A stretch of DNA of 64,000 bases from Macrostomum lignano (GCA_002269645.1 NIVC01002108.1:1-64000); one strand, 5' to 3'. Positions 12,301 through 25,410 are shown, counted from the first letter of the stretch. Notes: generated from the sequence alone by a model not told the origin. Made by a program: numbers and translations.

Positions 12301-13003
12301 GAAGCAGAAGCCGAAGTCTTTGTCCAAGTCGCAGGCTCGCTCCCTGTCTTTGGCAGCCGCTTTGCCGGCTTCTGGAGAACGGGAGGAGCGGCCCCAGCGA
12401 GACCCGAGACGGAAGAGGCCTCGGCGACATCGCGGCGGAGGTTGCGACTTCCTTGACGACGAGGCCGCCCTGACTGACAGCGACGCGGATTTCGTGTCGA
12501 GCGATGAGGCATCGGATGCTGCGGACAGCGACGCCGGGTCGAGCTTCGTAGACGACGCCACCCAACAGGAAGCGGAAACTTCCGCTGTAGCCGCCGCTGG
12601 CGGTATGCGCGCAATCTACCTGCGCAGTTTGGCTACTGCGCAGCAGAGTCCCGCGCGCCGGTTTAAAATCCCCTCTCTGGCTGACCGGCCGTTCAATCCC
12701 GCCGAGGTGTTCTCCCAGCTGCCGCGGGCTGGCGTGCCGGAGTCGCCCGAGTCCGAGTACCAGTTCGACTCCTTCCTGGTGCCCAACGAGCAGGCCGTCA
12801 GCCCCGCCGCCGCCACCGCCAAGTCGCCGCTGTCTGCCGCCATCGCTCTGGGCAAGCGGCGAGCAAAAGCGGCTGTAAATAATACTACTAAAAGTAGTAA
12901 GCAGCAGCAGGCGAAACAGCAACGACGGAGGCTGGTGGTGATTCAGGAGGACACGCAGTTCTGCGCGGATGACGCGGATAACAGCTCGGACGATTTCCAG
13001 TGA
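3390..13003 (+). CDS. FANCM: FANCM/Mph1 DEAH-box DNA translocase
   Basis: Exons 3390-3686, 4360-4665, 5470-5850, 6436-6642, 7055-7505, 7619-8572, 10191-13003, all phase-compatible. Motifs: N-terminal QTTLAMAWG, WVYPVNFP|VREYQ, LPTGLGKT, VIDEAHK, LSATPG, HPKL, TCVGEEG|LDIGQVD, QRMGRTGR; C-terminal FLDDEA / MRAIYLRSL / FDSFLV match the conserved FANCM acidic block. Confidence 0.95.
3836..4333. repeat. Minisatellite, 31-36 bp (GAGATTAGGCAGGTGAGATCAGTCGGATTAA), FANCM intron 1
   Basis: Direct tandem copies visible. Confidence 0.95.
4818..5457. repeat. Minisatellite, 31 bp (CTACAGTGACTCCCCATCTCCAGACCCAAGC), FANCM intron 2
   Basis: About 20 copies; the last copy grades into the acceptor. Confidence 0.95.
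6025..6350. repeat. Degenerate about 21-bp minisatellite (GGATCAATGTTATGGGATTTG), FANCM intron 3
   Basis: Visible tandem copies. Confidence 0.85.
8589..9117. repeat. (ATG/ATA/TTG)n trinucleotide microsatellite, FANCM intron 6 (resumes 10148-10181)
   Basis: Visible; produces a spurious poly-Met ORF. Confidence 0.95.
9118..10147 (-). mobile_element. Solo LTR (about 1030 bp) inserted in an (ATG)n microsatellite in FANCM intron 6
   Basis: Minus-strand termini TGTAGTG...TACAACA. ATGA on both flanks (possible 4-bp TSD, weak evidence inside a microsatellite). Minus-strand TATAAATA near 9559-9566 with a duplicated enhancer-like block upstream. The microsatellite resumes at 10148. No coding capacity. 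Confidence 0.8.
10823..11058 (+). repeat. Coding 36-bp repeat (EEQRPAQQNKDL, about 6.5 copies) in FANCM exon 7
   Basis: GAGGAACAAAGACCAG recurs every 36 nt, in frame. Confidence 0.95.
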
Positions 13004-13102
13004 TTTTTATTGTTGAGAAACTCCTAAAAGACCTGCGTGAAGGACTGGCTTGTGAAACCATGCGTTCAATTTTTAAGTCTAGTTGATGAGCACTCTTATA
13101 AA

Positions 13103-13812
13103 GTTGAGGACCACTCTTGAAGGACCAGTTGAGGACCAGTTGAGGACCACTCTTAGAGGACCAGTTGAGGACCAGTTGAGGACCACTCTTGGAGGACCAG
13201 TTGAGGACCACTCTTGGAGGACCAGTTGAGGACCACTCTTGGAGGACCAGCTGAGGACCACTCTTAGAGGACCAGTTGAGGACCACTCTTGAAGGACTAG
13301 TTGAGGACCACTCTTGGAGGACTAGTTGAGGACCACTCTTGGAGGACTAGTTGAGGACCACTCTTGGAGGACCAGTTGAGGACCACTCTTAGAGGACCAG
13401 TTGAGGACCACTCTTGGAGGACCAGTTGAGGACCACTCTTGGAGGACCAGTTGAGGACCCTCTTAGAGGGCCACTTGAGGACCACTCTTTGAGGACCAGT
13501 TGAGGAACACTCTTGGAGGACCAGTTGAGGACCACTCTTAGAGGACCAGTTGAGGACCACTCTTGAAGGACCAGTTGAGGACCAGTTGAGGACCACTCTT
13601 AGAGGACCAGTTGAGGACCACTCTTGAAGGACCAGTTGAGGACCAGTTGAGGACCACTCTTAGAGGACCAGTTGAGGACCACTCTTGAAGGACCAGTTGA
13701 GGACCAGTTGAGGACCCTCTTAGAGGACCAGTTGAGGACCCTCTTAGAGGACCAGTTGAGGACCCTCTTAGAGGACCAGTTGAGGACCACCCTTGAAGGA
13801 CCAGTTGAGGAC
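13103..13812. repeat. Variant-unit minisatellite (GAGGACCAGTT / GAGGACCACTCTT) 3' of FANCM
   Basis: Visible interspersed unit variants. Confidence 0.95.
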
Positions 13813-14263
13813 TAGCTCAAAGACAAGTTCAGGACCGGGCCTTTCCTTTCTTTTGGCGGCATTTCAATTAAAGTCATAAATCTTGCTCACACAGTTACTG
13901 CCTTCATTAACCTGGTCTGTTTTGCTTTAAAAACTCAATTCTTGCTCGGCTGCAGTTTTACAACTGTCAATTTGCATTTTTACTTCAAACTTTCTATAAG
14001 CTTTCGGTAAACAAGTTTGCATTTTTTAATCTGAGTAATTGCAGTTGAGTTATTCTCGTTATTTATTTCTACTGCTTGCTTGTACATTTGCTGCCGCCTG
14101 TGTGAGTTGCTTACAGTTTATCCCAGAATATATGATCCTATTCAATCATACCGGTTCCATTTTGCACACCCCTGTCAGTCACAGAGACTTCTTGAGTTTT
14201 GCTAAACTTTATGGCTTTTGTCTTTAATCAATTTTCTTTCATTATCTACAAGTATCCCAAATC

Positions 14264-14665
14264 AGCCAGCCTCCCAGACCCTCTGTTGCTGGGGGCAGCC
14301 TCCCAGATCCTCAGTTGCTGGGGCAGCCTCTTAAACCCTCAGTTGCTAGGGCCAGCCTCCCAGACCCTCAGTTGCTGGGCCAGCCTCCCAGATCCTCAGT
14401 TGCTGGGGGCAGCCTCCCAGATCCTCAGTTGCTGGGGGTAGCCTCCCAGATCCTCAGTTGCTGGGGGTAGCCTCCCAAACCCTCAGTTGCTGGGGCCAGC
14501 CTCCCAGACCCTTAGTTGCTGGGCCAGCCTCCCAGATTCTCAGTTGTCGGGCCAGCCTCCCAGATCCTCAGTTGCTGGGCCAGCCTCCCAGATTCTCAGT
14601 TGCTGGGGCAGCCTCCCAATCCCCAGTTGGTCGGCCAGCCTCTCAGATCCTCAGTTGCTGGGCAG
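14264..14665. repeat. About 28-29 bp minisatellite (GGGCCAGCCTCCCAGATCCTCAGTTGCT)
   Basis: Visible tandem copies. Confidence 0.9.
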
Positions 14666-15238
14666 ACTAACGCTATAAACCTTTCTAATAATTGCTACAT
14701 CTAATTATACCTACAGTATGACAATAAATGAGTCGAATTTGCTGTGTAACTGTTTACCGTTTTGCAGGAAAACATCTATTAGACCCAGAAAAACATCGGA
14801 GTTAACTTGTGTTGATAAACAATGCACTCCTGGGCATGGGTTATTTTGATTTTAACAGCACACTATTGTGCCACAGGTTCAAGTCTGCCTCTATGCGCGT
14901 GCTAGTGGTTACAACCGAGTGTGGCGTAAAGCAAAGCAACGCTTTTCTGAGTTGTTTCAACCCCAGCGAGTTTGCGCGAGCGTAATTGTTCAATTCAACT
15001 TTGTAGGGTGAAGCAACTGCCGTACAGGCCACCTGCAATGGTCGCTTAGCAACCATGCGCCAACCTCTCCTTTGCATGTCTGCCCTCGTGTTCTAAAAAT
15101 AGCCCAGCCGTTATAGAGGCACTGTTAACTGGCTTGCAAATTCGCTGTGCATAGAAATGCCTTAACCCTGTCATATAATGCGACCGCGTCTGTTTAATTC
15201 ACAGAGCATCTGCAGTTTTTGAGCCACCAAAGTGAGAC

Positions 15239-18200
15239 ATGTCTGCGCCAAAGCCTATGCCTACGGGTGAGTGAATGAGCTTTGAAGTAGAGTCTAAGTG
15301 TAGGAGCACATCACATAATGATTAAGGATCAGGCACTCTGATTCAGGATCAGGCACTCTGATTCAGGATCAGGCACTTTGATTCAGGATCAGACACTCTC
15401 TGATTCAGGATCAGGCACTCTCTGATTCAGGATCAGGCACTCTGATTCAGGATCAGGCACTCTGATTCAGGATCAGGCACTCTGATTCAGGATCAGGCAC
15501 TCTGATTCAGGATCAGGCACTCTGATTCAGGATCAGACACTCTCTGATTCAGGATCAGGCACTCTCTGATTCAGGATCAGGCACTCTGATTCAGGATCAG
15601 GCACTCTCTGATTCAGGATCAGGCACTCTGATTCAGGATCAGGCACTCTGATTCAGGATCAGGCACTCTGATTCAGGATCAGGCACTCTGATTCAGGATC
15701 AGGCACTCTCTGATTCAGGATCAGGCACTCTGATTCAGGATCAGGCACTCTCTGATTCAGGATCAGGCACTCTGATTCAGGATCAGGCACTCTCTGATTC
15801 AGGATCAGGCACTCTGATTCAGGATCAGGCACTCTGATTCAGGATCAGGCACTCTGATTCAGGATCAGACACTCTGATTCAGGATCAGGCACTCTGATTC
15901 AGGATCAGGCACTCTGATTCAGGATCAGGCACTCTGATTCAGGATCAGGCACTCTGATTCAGGATCAGGCACTCTCTGATTCAGGATCAGGCACTCTGAT
16001 TCAGGATCAGGCACTCTCTGATTCAGGATCAGACACTCTCTGATTCAGGATCAGGCACTCTGATTCAGGATCAGGCACTCTGATTCAGGATCAGACACTC
16101 TGATTCAGGATCAGGCACTCTCTGATTCAGGATCAGGCACTCTCTGATTCAGGATCAGGCACTCTGATTCAGGATCAGACACTCTCTGATTCAGGATCAG
16201 ACACTCTCTGATTCAGGATCAGGCACTCTCTGATTCAGGATCAGGCACTCTCTGATTCAGGATCAGGCACTCTCTGATTCAGGATCAGGCACTCTGATTC
16301 AGGATCAGGCACTCTCTGATTCAGGATCAGGCACTCTGATTCAGGATCAGGCACTCTCTGATTCAGGATCAGACACTCTGATTCAGGATCAGGCACTCTC
16401 TGATTCAGGATCAGACACTCTGATTCAGGATCAGGCACTCTCTGATTCAGGATCAGGCACTCTCTGATTCAGGATCAGGCACTCTCTGATTCAGGATCAG
16501 GCACTCTCTGATTCAGGATCAGGCACTCTCTGATTCAGGATCAGGCACTTTGATTTGGAATCAGTCAGGATCACCGTGATTTAGGATCAGTCAGGGTCAC
16601 TGTGATTTAGGATCAGTCAGGGTCACTGTGATTTAGGATCAGTCAGGATCACTGTGATTCAGGATCAGTCAGGATCACTGTGATTCAGGATCAGTCAGGA
16701 TCACTGTGATTCAGGATCAGTCAGGATCACTGTGATTCAGGATCAGTGAGGATCACTGTGATTCAGGATCAGTCAGGATCACTGTGATTCAGGATCAGTG
16801 AGGATCACTGTGATTCAGGATCAGTCAGGATCACTGTGATTCAGGATCAGTCAGGATCACTGTGATTCAGGATCAGTCAGGATCACTGTGATTCAGGATC
16901 ATTCAGGATCACTGTGATTTAGGATCAGTCAGGATCACTGTGATTCAGGATCAGTGAGGATCACTGTGATTCAGGATCAGTCAGGATCACTGTGATTCAG
17001 GATCAGTCAGGATCACTGTGATTCAGGATCAGTCAGGATCACTGTGATTCAGGATCATTCAGGATCACTGTGATTTAGGATCAGTCAGGATCACTGTGAT
17101 TCAGGATCAGTCAGGATCACTGTGATTCAGGATCAGTCAGGATCACTGTGATTCAGGATCAGTCAGTATCACTGTGATTCAGGATGGACATATCGCTTAT
17201 TGCAAAGCAGTGCAGAGCTAAATGCATCAGTCACGTGTATGGATAGGGATTAGGGATCATTGTGCGAAACAAAACGTCAGAAAAGTGCACGCGTACGCAA
17301 CCCCCCTCCACAATGACTTAGAGGTCAGCCTGGACCTCTGTCACCGGGACAACGGGTTCCTGCACCACACCCGTCAGTACCAGCAGAACGAGGAGGCCCA
17401 GGCGGCCCTCGTGGTTCGCCGGGGCGCTCCTTTCCGCTTGATGTTGAAGTTCAACGCCGAGCTGAACTCGGGGATCAACATCATCGCCTTGACGATGTCG
17501 AATGAGAGCTACGGGCAGGAGAAGCTGCGCAGGAGTTGGACGCTGCAGGAGGTGAAGGATGCGGGTTTCTAAATGCACCTGAAGCAAGGGGTATTTTATG
17601 GTTAATTTGGGACAGTTTATGCTTAATTTTGGATATTTTATGGTTAATTAGGGATATTTTATGGTTAATTTGGGACAGTTTATGGTTATTTGGGACAGTT
17701 TATGGTTAATTAGGGATATTTTATGGTTAATTAGGGATATTTTATGGTTAATTTGGGACAGTTTATGGTTAATTAGGGATATTTTATGGTTAATTAGGGA
17801 TATTTTATGGTTAATTAGGGATATTTTATGGTTAATTAGGGATATTTTATGGTTAATTTGGGACAGTTTATGGTTAATTAGGGATATTTTATGGTTAATT
17901 AGGGATATTTTATGGTTAATTAGGGATATTTTATGGTTAATTAGGGATATTTTATGGTTAATTAGGGATATTTTATGGTTAATTTGGGACAGTTTATGGT
18001 TAATTTGGGACAGTTTATGGTTAATTAGGGACAGTTTATGGTTAATTTGGGATATTTTATGATGTTCAATTTTTTATAGTTTTTTTGTTACTTTACTTTT
18101 GTTTTCTACTGTATGATTGTTGATTAAAGTCTTATGCTACTTAATTTTGAATATTTTACAGTTAAATTGTGTCATTCCAGTATTATTAATGTTTGGATTC

Positions 18201-21200
18201 TTTATATTGTTTATTAGTAATATTTTATGATTGCAAATTTGGAATTTGTTGCTAATTTTGGAAGTATTAATTGATTATTTCAAATCAAAGGACATTTGGC
18301 AGGCTTTGAAAATGTACTTTTCCTGTGTGACCTTCTGCATTCTGCACCGAATCTACATATACAAGAGGGCAGGCACTCTATTAAATTTAACATTCGAATT
18401 ATTAAACTCTTAGTTTGGCTTTCAAATTTTTGCCTAAATGACCGGATGCATGGCTGGTTGAATTGACGTGTCGGTGCAGGACGAATTTGCACCGAAAATA
18501 CTTCTGCTAGCCACCATTCTGCGCGTGGGCGGGTGTAGCTTCTCAATATGGCTTCTTATGGTTATTTAGGACATTGCTTAGTCGTTGCACAGGATTTCCG
18601 GTGTCATTTATATTTGATAATTGCACATTGTATGCTTTCGGTGTCACTTGTTAAACAATAATTGCTGTTTGCTTGTTAAATTTTGCTATATCTTGTCTAT
18701 TCTCATGGTCGATAATCTTATGGTCAATAGTCTCATGGTTAAAAATCTCATGGTCGATAATCTCACGGTCGATAATCTCATGGTCGATAATCTCATGGTC
18801 GATAATCTCATGGTCGATAATCTCATGGTCGATAATCTCATTGTTGATAATCTCATGGTCGATAATCTCATGGTCGATAATCTCATGGTCGATAATCTCA
18901 TGGTCGATAATCTCATTGTTGATAATCTCACGGTCGATAATCTCACGGTCGATAATCTCACGGTCGATAATCTCACGGTCGATAATCTCATGGTCGATAA
19001 TCTCATGGTCAATAATCTCATGGTCGATAATCTCATGGTCGATAATCTCATGGTCGATAATCTCATGGTCGATAATCTCATGGTGAAATCTCACCCCTGT
19101 CTTACTTCAGATATCCTCTCAGACGGGGGATGACAAATGCCCGTTCAAAATGAATCTGGTGAGTGATGAAAGTAGATTCATGCCAACCCGTACCAGTGCT
19201 GCATGAAGTTAACTGCTGTGCTGATCAAATGTCAGGTGAAGAGCAAGTCTGACAGCACTACACTGTGCGTGCAGCTGAGCGCAGGCTTTGACGCTCCCGT
19301 GTCCAAGTACCGAATCACCAAGGTGACCCTGTTCCACTCGCCCAGCCTGGCTGTTTCTATGGAGGCAAATGTCGAGATTCTGCTGATCTACAATCCCTTT
19401 CACATTGGTGAGCTCGGGCTGTGCAACAGTTATGCCAGCTGCTTAAATATTGTTTTAACCTGTTAGATATCAGGTCGAACTATGCTAGGTATCAGACTGG
19501 AACATGTTGGATACCAGATTAGAACATGTTAGATATCAGATCGGAACCTGTTAGATATCAGATCAGAACCTGTTATGTATCAGACTGGAACATGTTAGAT
19601 ATCAGACTGGAAAATGTTAGATATTAGATCGGAACATGTTAGATATCAGCTTGGAACATGTTAGATATCAGATCGGAACTTGTTAGATATCAGATCGGAA
19701 CATGTTAGATATCAGCTTGGAACATGTTAAATATCAGCTTGGAACATGTTAGATATCGGACTGGAACATGTTAGACATCAGATTGGAACCAGTCTTGTAG
19801 CTTGAGGCAACCTGAGCTTCAAAACCCTTCCAACCCCGAACCAGACGACCCCGTGTTCATGGGAGTCGACAAGGAGCGCCAGGAGTTCGTGATGGAGGAC
19901 AGCGGGATGCTGTTCTTGCGCAACCCCGGCACCTGGCGGGGCCCCGGCAAGCCCTGGTTCTTCGGCCAGGTGAGGCATTGACATTTATAGGGGAGCCTCT
20001 CACCCTCTCTCCCTGTCCCCTCTCTCCCCTTAATCTCCTTCCCCTCTCTCCCCTCTCTCCTCTCGCCTCTCCCCCCTTTCCCCTCTCTCCTCTCCCCTCT
20101 CTCCCCTCTCTCCCCTCTCTCCTCTCTCCTCTCTCCTCTCTCCCCTCTCCCCTCTCCCCTCTCTCCTCTCTCCCCTCCATCCCACTCTCCTTTCCCCTCC
20201 ACCTTCTCTCTCTTCTCTCCCCTTCCCTCTCGCATTTATCTCCTCTCTCCCTTCCATCCCCATCCCTCTCCCTCCCCTCTCTCCCCTCCATGCCACTCTC
20301 CCTCTTTTCCCCGCTCTCTTTTCTTTCCCCCTGCCTTCTCCTCCCCTCTCTCCCCTCACTCTCCCAACTCTACTATCATCTCCCAGCCCTAGTTCCCCTT
20401 CATCCACCCGCTGTTCCCTCGCCAGTTCGAGTCTCCGGTCCTGGACTGCGTGCTGCTGCTGCTGTCCGGCTCCCAGCTGGCCTGGGAGGAGTGGGCCGAC
20501 CCCGTCAAAGTGGCCCGCGCCCTGTCAGCCGTGATCAACTCCATCGACGAGGGCGGCCTGCTGGTCGGCAACTGGTCTGGGAACTACGAGGACGGCCGGA
20601 GCCCCACCGAGTGGACCGGCAGCTTGAAGATTTTCCGGGAATTTCACACCAACAAGCGGCCTGTGATGTTCGGGCAGTGCTGGGTTTTCTCTGGCTGCCT
20701 GACTTCGGGTGAGCTGGCAGATGGGGAGAGAAGGGTTGAACATCTTGATAGGGATCAGGCGTACACTGGATGAGGAGGGTGTACACTGCCTGATGAGAGA
20801 GGGTGTCCATAGCGTGTGAGGGAGGGTGTCCATAGCGTGTGAGGGTGTCCATAGGGTGTGAGGGAGGGTGTCCATAGGGTGTGGAGGGAGGGTGTCCATA
20901 GGGTGTGGAGGGAGGGTGTCCATAGGGTGTGAGGGAGGGTGTCCATAGGGTGTGAGGGAGGGCGTACACATGTGCATATTGAGACGAGTATGTACATGGG
21001 TCGAATGAGACGGATTCTCCCTTCCTCCCGCAACTCCAGCCGGTCGCGCTCTCGGCATCCCGACCCGTAGCGTTACGAATTTCTCGTCCGCGCACGACAC
21101 CCACGCCAACCTGCTGATCGACAAGTTCTACCACAGCACCGGCGAGCCGTTCCGGGACAAAAACAGCGACTCCATCTGGTTGGTTGGGGCTGAGCTCACA

Positions 21201-24200
21201 CTGGGTGTACGCTCTGACTGGTTGTGGATGTACACACTTGACAGAGAGTGGGGCAGGATGTGTACATACTGTACATGGACTGGGGCAGGGTGTACACACT
21301 GTAAATGGACTGGGGCAGGATGTACACACTGTAAATGGACTGGGGCAGGATGTACACACTGTACATGGACTGGGGTAGGATGTACACACCGTACATGGAC
21401 TGGGGCAGGATGTACACACTGTACATGGACTGGGGCAGGATGTACACACTGTACATGGACTGGGGCAGGATGTACACACTGTACATGGACTGGGGTAGGA
21501 TGTACACACTGTACATAGACTGGGGCAGGATGTACACACCGTACATGGACTGGGGTAGGATTTACACACTGTACATGGACTGGGGCAGGATGTACACACT
21601 GTACATGGACTGGGGCAGGATGTACACACTGTACATGGACTGAGGTAGGATTTACACACTGTACATGGACTGGGGTAGAATTTGCACACTGTACATAGAC
21701 TGGGGTAGAATTTAGACACTGTACATGGACTGGGGTAGAATTTACACACTGTACATGGACTGGGGCAGGATGTACACACTGTACATAGACTGGGGCAGGA
21801 TGTACACACTGTACATGGACTGGGGTAGGATGTACACACTGTACATGGACTGGGGTAGGATGTACACACTGTACATAGACTGGGGCAGGATGTACACACT
21901 GTACATAGACTGGGGCAGGATGTACACACTGTAAATGGACTGGGGCAGGATGTACACACTGTAAATGGACTGGGGCAGGATGTACACCAATAAAATCGTA
22001 TCTCCAGGAACTTCCATGTGTGGAACGAGATGTGGATGACGCGGCCGAACCTCGGCAAGCGCTACAACGGCTGGCAGGCTGTGGACGCCACACCGCAGGA
22101 AGTGAGCGGTGGGTTCTTCCAGACCGGGCCGTGTCCGCTCTTGGCCATCAGGGAGGGCGAGGTCAACGTGCCGCACGATGCCAACTTTATCTTCTCGGAG
22201 GTTAACGCCTGCGTCAAGCGCTATGTGTCGCCCGACAACGGGGAGACTTGGATCGAGGCCCATTCTGACCCAGAGTCTGTTGGGAAGTTCCTCAGCACCA
22301 AGGTAGTTTGAGAAGAGTTTGAGTAAATCACCTGCAAAAGGTATTCAGAATCACCGCCACCCCAAAACACCCACCTCCCTAAAACATCCACCACCCCAAA
22401 ACACCCACCGCCCCAAAAAACCCACCACCCCAAAACCCTCAACACCCCAAAACACCCATCACCCTACAACACCCACCACCCCAAAACACCCACCACCCCA
22501 AAACACCCACCTCCCCAAAACACCCACCTCCCCAAAACACCCACCAACCCCAAAACACCCACCTCATCAAAACACCCACCAACCCCAAAACACCCACTAA
22601 CCCCAAAACCTTCATTCCTGCAGGCTGTCGGGTCCTTCGAGCGTCAAGACTTGACGAACCTGTACAAGTACGAGGAGGGCAGCTCGGAGGAGCAGGCCAC
22701 CTTCGAGCGGGCCCGCGAGCTCGCCAGGCAGGCCGGCAACGAGCGACTGCCTCCGCCGCGTGTCTCCCCTGACGGTCAGGAGGCTCCCGTGTGGCGCCTG
22801 CGCATCCTGCCTGGCCCGGACGCCGCCAGCTCCGGCATCGTGTTCGGCCAGGACGCCAGCGTGGAGGTGGCGGTGAAGAACCTGAGCGACAGGGACAGGG
22901 CGGGCTCCTGCTACTGCTCAGCGGTGCTCAGGAACAGCGCCGGCAAGGACCTCAAGGAGCTTAGCGTGGAGAATGTGAAGCTGGACCTTCCAGCTAATGT
23001 CGGTGAGCTCATTTAGTGACGGGGAGTTACAGAAAGGCACAGCAAAACTACAGGCACTTACAGTTAATTATAAAATTATAAAGGCAAAATCCCAAAAAGA
23101 ATTTTGTCTTGTGTTTCTTAGAAACCACTGCGAAGCTGTCAATCAATGCCTGGCAGTACACGGAGTTTGGCAACGAAGAGGTTGACATCGTCATTCAGGC
23201 TTCCCTCACCGACACGGAGAATCGAGTGCAGACCCTGGATCATGTGATCGGAATTCTGTACCCTGATCTGCTCATCAGGGTGAGATTTTAACCTCATTAC
23301 TTGGGGTGAACCAGATGCAAAATCAGCTCCCAAAAACACACACCTCTCAAAAACACCCACCACCCAAAATTACCCACCACCCCAAAACACCCGCCACCCC
23401 AAAACACATGTCACCCCAAAACACCCGCCACACCAAATCACCCACCACCCCAAAACACCCGCCACACCAAAAAAGTCACCACCCCAAATCACCCAACACC
23501 CCAAAACACCCGCCACCCCAAAACACCCACCACCCCAAAACACCCGCCACCCCAAAACACCCACGACCCCAAAACACCCGCCACCCCAAAACTGCCACCA
23601 CCCCAAAACACCCGCCACCCCAAAACAGCCACCACCCCAAATTCCCCACCACCCCAAAACACCCGCCACCCCAAAACAGCCACCATCCCAAAACGCCCAC
23701 CATCCCAAGCACCCAAGTCCAGATCACGCCAAAAAGTTATATACTTTAATCACCCGATATTTTAATATTAACTATGATCCCTATCTACTCTGAAGCACTG
23801 CAAATCCCGCACGCCCATCCAGATTCCAGAGTCAATTAAAAAGTACCGCACAAGCGAGATTGTGGTGGAGCTGAAGAACGACCTGGAGTTCGCGCTCACC
23901 GACGCGAAATTCTCCATCGAGGCGCCCGGCTTGAGAAGCTACGATTTGGAGCAGAAAGTCGAGTGAGTCATTGGCCTGATTTAGCTAAAACGGCCCTTTT
24001 GGGGCTATCGTATCTGACACTAGAAAAAGCACAAAAATATGTTTCCACTGAAAGTCCTACTACTAACAGAAATCTATCACAGTACAAAAATATACTACTG
24101 ACAAAGCATAAGTAGTTTAGGCGCATTTTAATTCATTAATTTTTTTAAAGCCGACTAAAATTATGATACAAAGAGGATTTTCAAACCTCTCTTCCCCATG

Positions 24201-24348
24201 CAGCGACATTGAGCCGGGTGCTGAAGCGGCTGCCACCTTCAAGGTTCGCTTCTATCGGGCCGGTCCAATTACCCTGGTTGCTTCCTTCAGCAGCAAGCAG
24301 GTGACTGGAGTGTTCCAGCAGGCCTCCTTCTATGTGGATTATTACTGA
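15239..24348 (+). CDS. Protein-glutamine gamma-glutamyltransferase (transglutaminase; annulin/hemocyte TGase-like)
   Basis: Exons 15239-15266 (tentative), 17322-17551, 19236-19407, 19845-19969, 20426-20708, 21040-21178, 22008-22302, 22624-23002, 23122-23279, 23823-23962, 24204-24348, all phases consistent. Motifs HHT..Y, LVVRRGAPF, FGQCWVFSG (Cys), RALGIPTRSVTNFSSAHD, DSIW|NFHVWNE (His), WQAVDATPQE (Asp), LYKYEEGS, plus two C-terminal beta-barrels. Confidence 0.93.
15326..17185. repeat. Compound satellite in transglutaminase intron 1: 20/22-bp GATTCAGGATCAGGCACTCT(CT) to about 16553, then 26-bp GATTCAGGATCAGTCAGGATCACTGT
   Basis: Visible; the two units share the GATTCAGGATCAG core. Confidence 0.95.
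17594..18060. repeat. 21-bp minisatellite (GGTTAATTAGGGATATTTTAT), TGase intron 2
   Basis: Visible. Confidence 0.95.
18706..19083. repeat. 15-bp minisatellite (GGTCGATAATCTCAT), TGase intron 2
   Basis: Visible. Confidence 0.95.
19461..19785. repeat. 22-bp minisatellite (GATATCAGATCGGAACATGTTA), TGase intron 3
   Basis: Visible. Confidence 0.9.
19998..20395. repeat. CT-rich low-complexity tract, TGase intron 4
   Basis: Visible. Confidence 0.9.
20800..20962. repeat. About 24-25 bp repeat (GAGGGTGTCCATAGGGTGTGAGG), TGase intron 5
   Basis: Visible. Confidence 0.85.
21255..21988. repeat. 30-bp minisatellite (GTACATGGACTGGGGCAGGATGTACACACT), TGase intron 6
   Basis: About 24 copies. Confidence 0.95.
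22357..22608. repeat. About 18-bp CCCCAAAACACCCACCAC repeat, TGase intron 7
   Basis: Visible; same family as 23328-23710. Confidence 0.85.
23328..23710. repeat. About 18-bp CCCCAAAACACCCGCCAC repeat, TGase intron 9
   Basis: Visible. Confidence 0.9.
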
Positions 24349-24759
24349 GTTGAAGTTTGCTCTCAAAGCAGTTTGTCAAAGTGAAACTCAACTCTTTATT
24401 CATTTTTTATAACTTTTTAAACAAGTTTTTAAGGTAGCAGAACTAGGTTAAAATTTATATAAAAACTACTATCTAATTTAATGTTTTTTTTCAATTATCA
24501 AAACCATACTTTTTGTTAATTTATATGATAAACATTACTTTTTAACCATAAATTTTACTGCCTGTGCTCCTGTTTTCAACTCCAGTTCTGCTCTAGAATC
24601 TCAATTGATTTCGGTTTTATTGTCTGCCTGCCTGCTATAAACAGACTTTCTATCATTATTATATTGTCTGCTAATATTAGCTGTCTGCTAAATTTAGCAG
24701 GAAAACTCGCTTATTTCTACTTTTATCAGTAGTCTGATTAGAAAGCCATTAGAGAATCT

Positions 24760-25410
24760 ACGGCGCCGAAATGAGAATCGATGGCACCAAAGTTAAAATT
24801 GATGGCGCCGAAATGAGAATCAATGGCGCCAAAATGAGAATCGATGGCGCCGAAATGAAAATCGATGGCGCCAAAATGAGAATCGATGGCACCAAAGTTA
24901 AAATCGATGGCGCCAAAATGAGAATCGATTGCACCAAAGTTAAAATTGATGGCGCCGAAATGAGAATCAATGGCGCCAAAATGAGAATCGATGGCGCCGA
25001 AATGAGAATCGATGGCGCCGAAATGAGAATCTACGGCACCGAAATGAGAATCGATGGCGCCGAAATGAGAATCGATGGCGCCGAAATGAGAATCTACGGC
25101 GCCGAAATGAGAACCGATGGCGCCGAAATGAGAATCTACGGCGCCGAAATGAGAATCGATGGCGCCGAAATGAGAATCTACGGCGCCGAAATGAGAACCG
25201 ATGGCGCCGAAATGAGAATCTACGGCGCCGAAATGAGAATCGATGGCGCCGAAATGAGAACCGATGGCGCCGAAATGAGAACCGATGGCGCCGAAATGAG
25301 AATCTACGGCGCCGAAATGAGAATCGATGGCGCCGAAATGAGAATCTACGGCGCCGAAATGAGAATCGATGGCGCCGAAATGAGAATCGATGGCGCCGAA
25401 ATGAGAATCA
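24760..25410. repeat. 21-bp minisatellite (GATGGCGCCGAAATGAGAATC)
   Basis: About 30 copies. Confidence 0.95.

Noticed and set aside
15326-17185. CRISPR-like appearance of this and the other 20-50 bp arrays
   Set aside because: Units are head-to-tail with no unique spacers, there are no cas genes and the context is eukaryotic introns.
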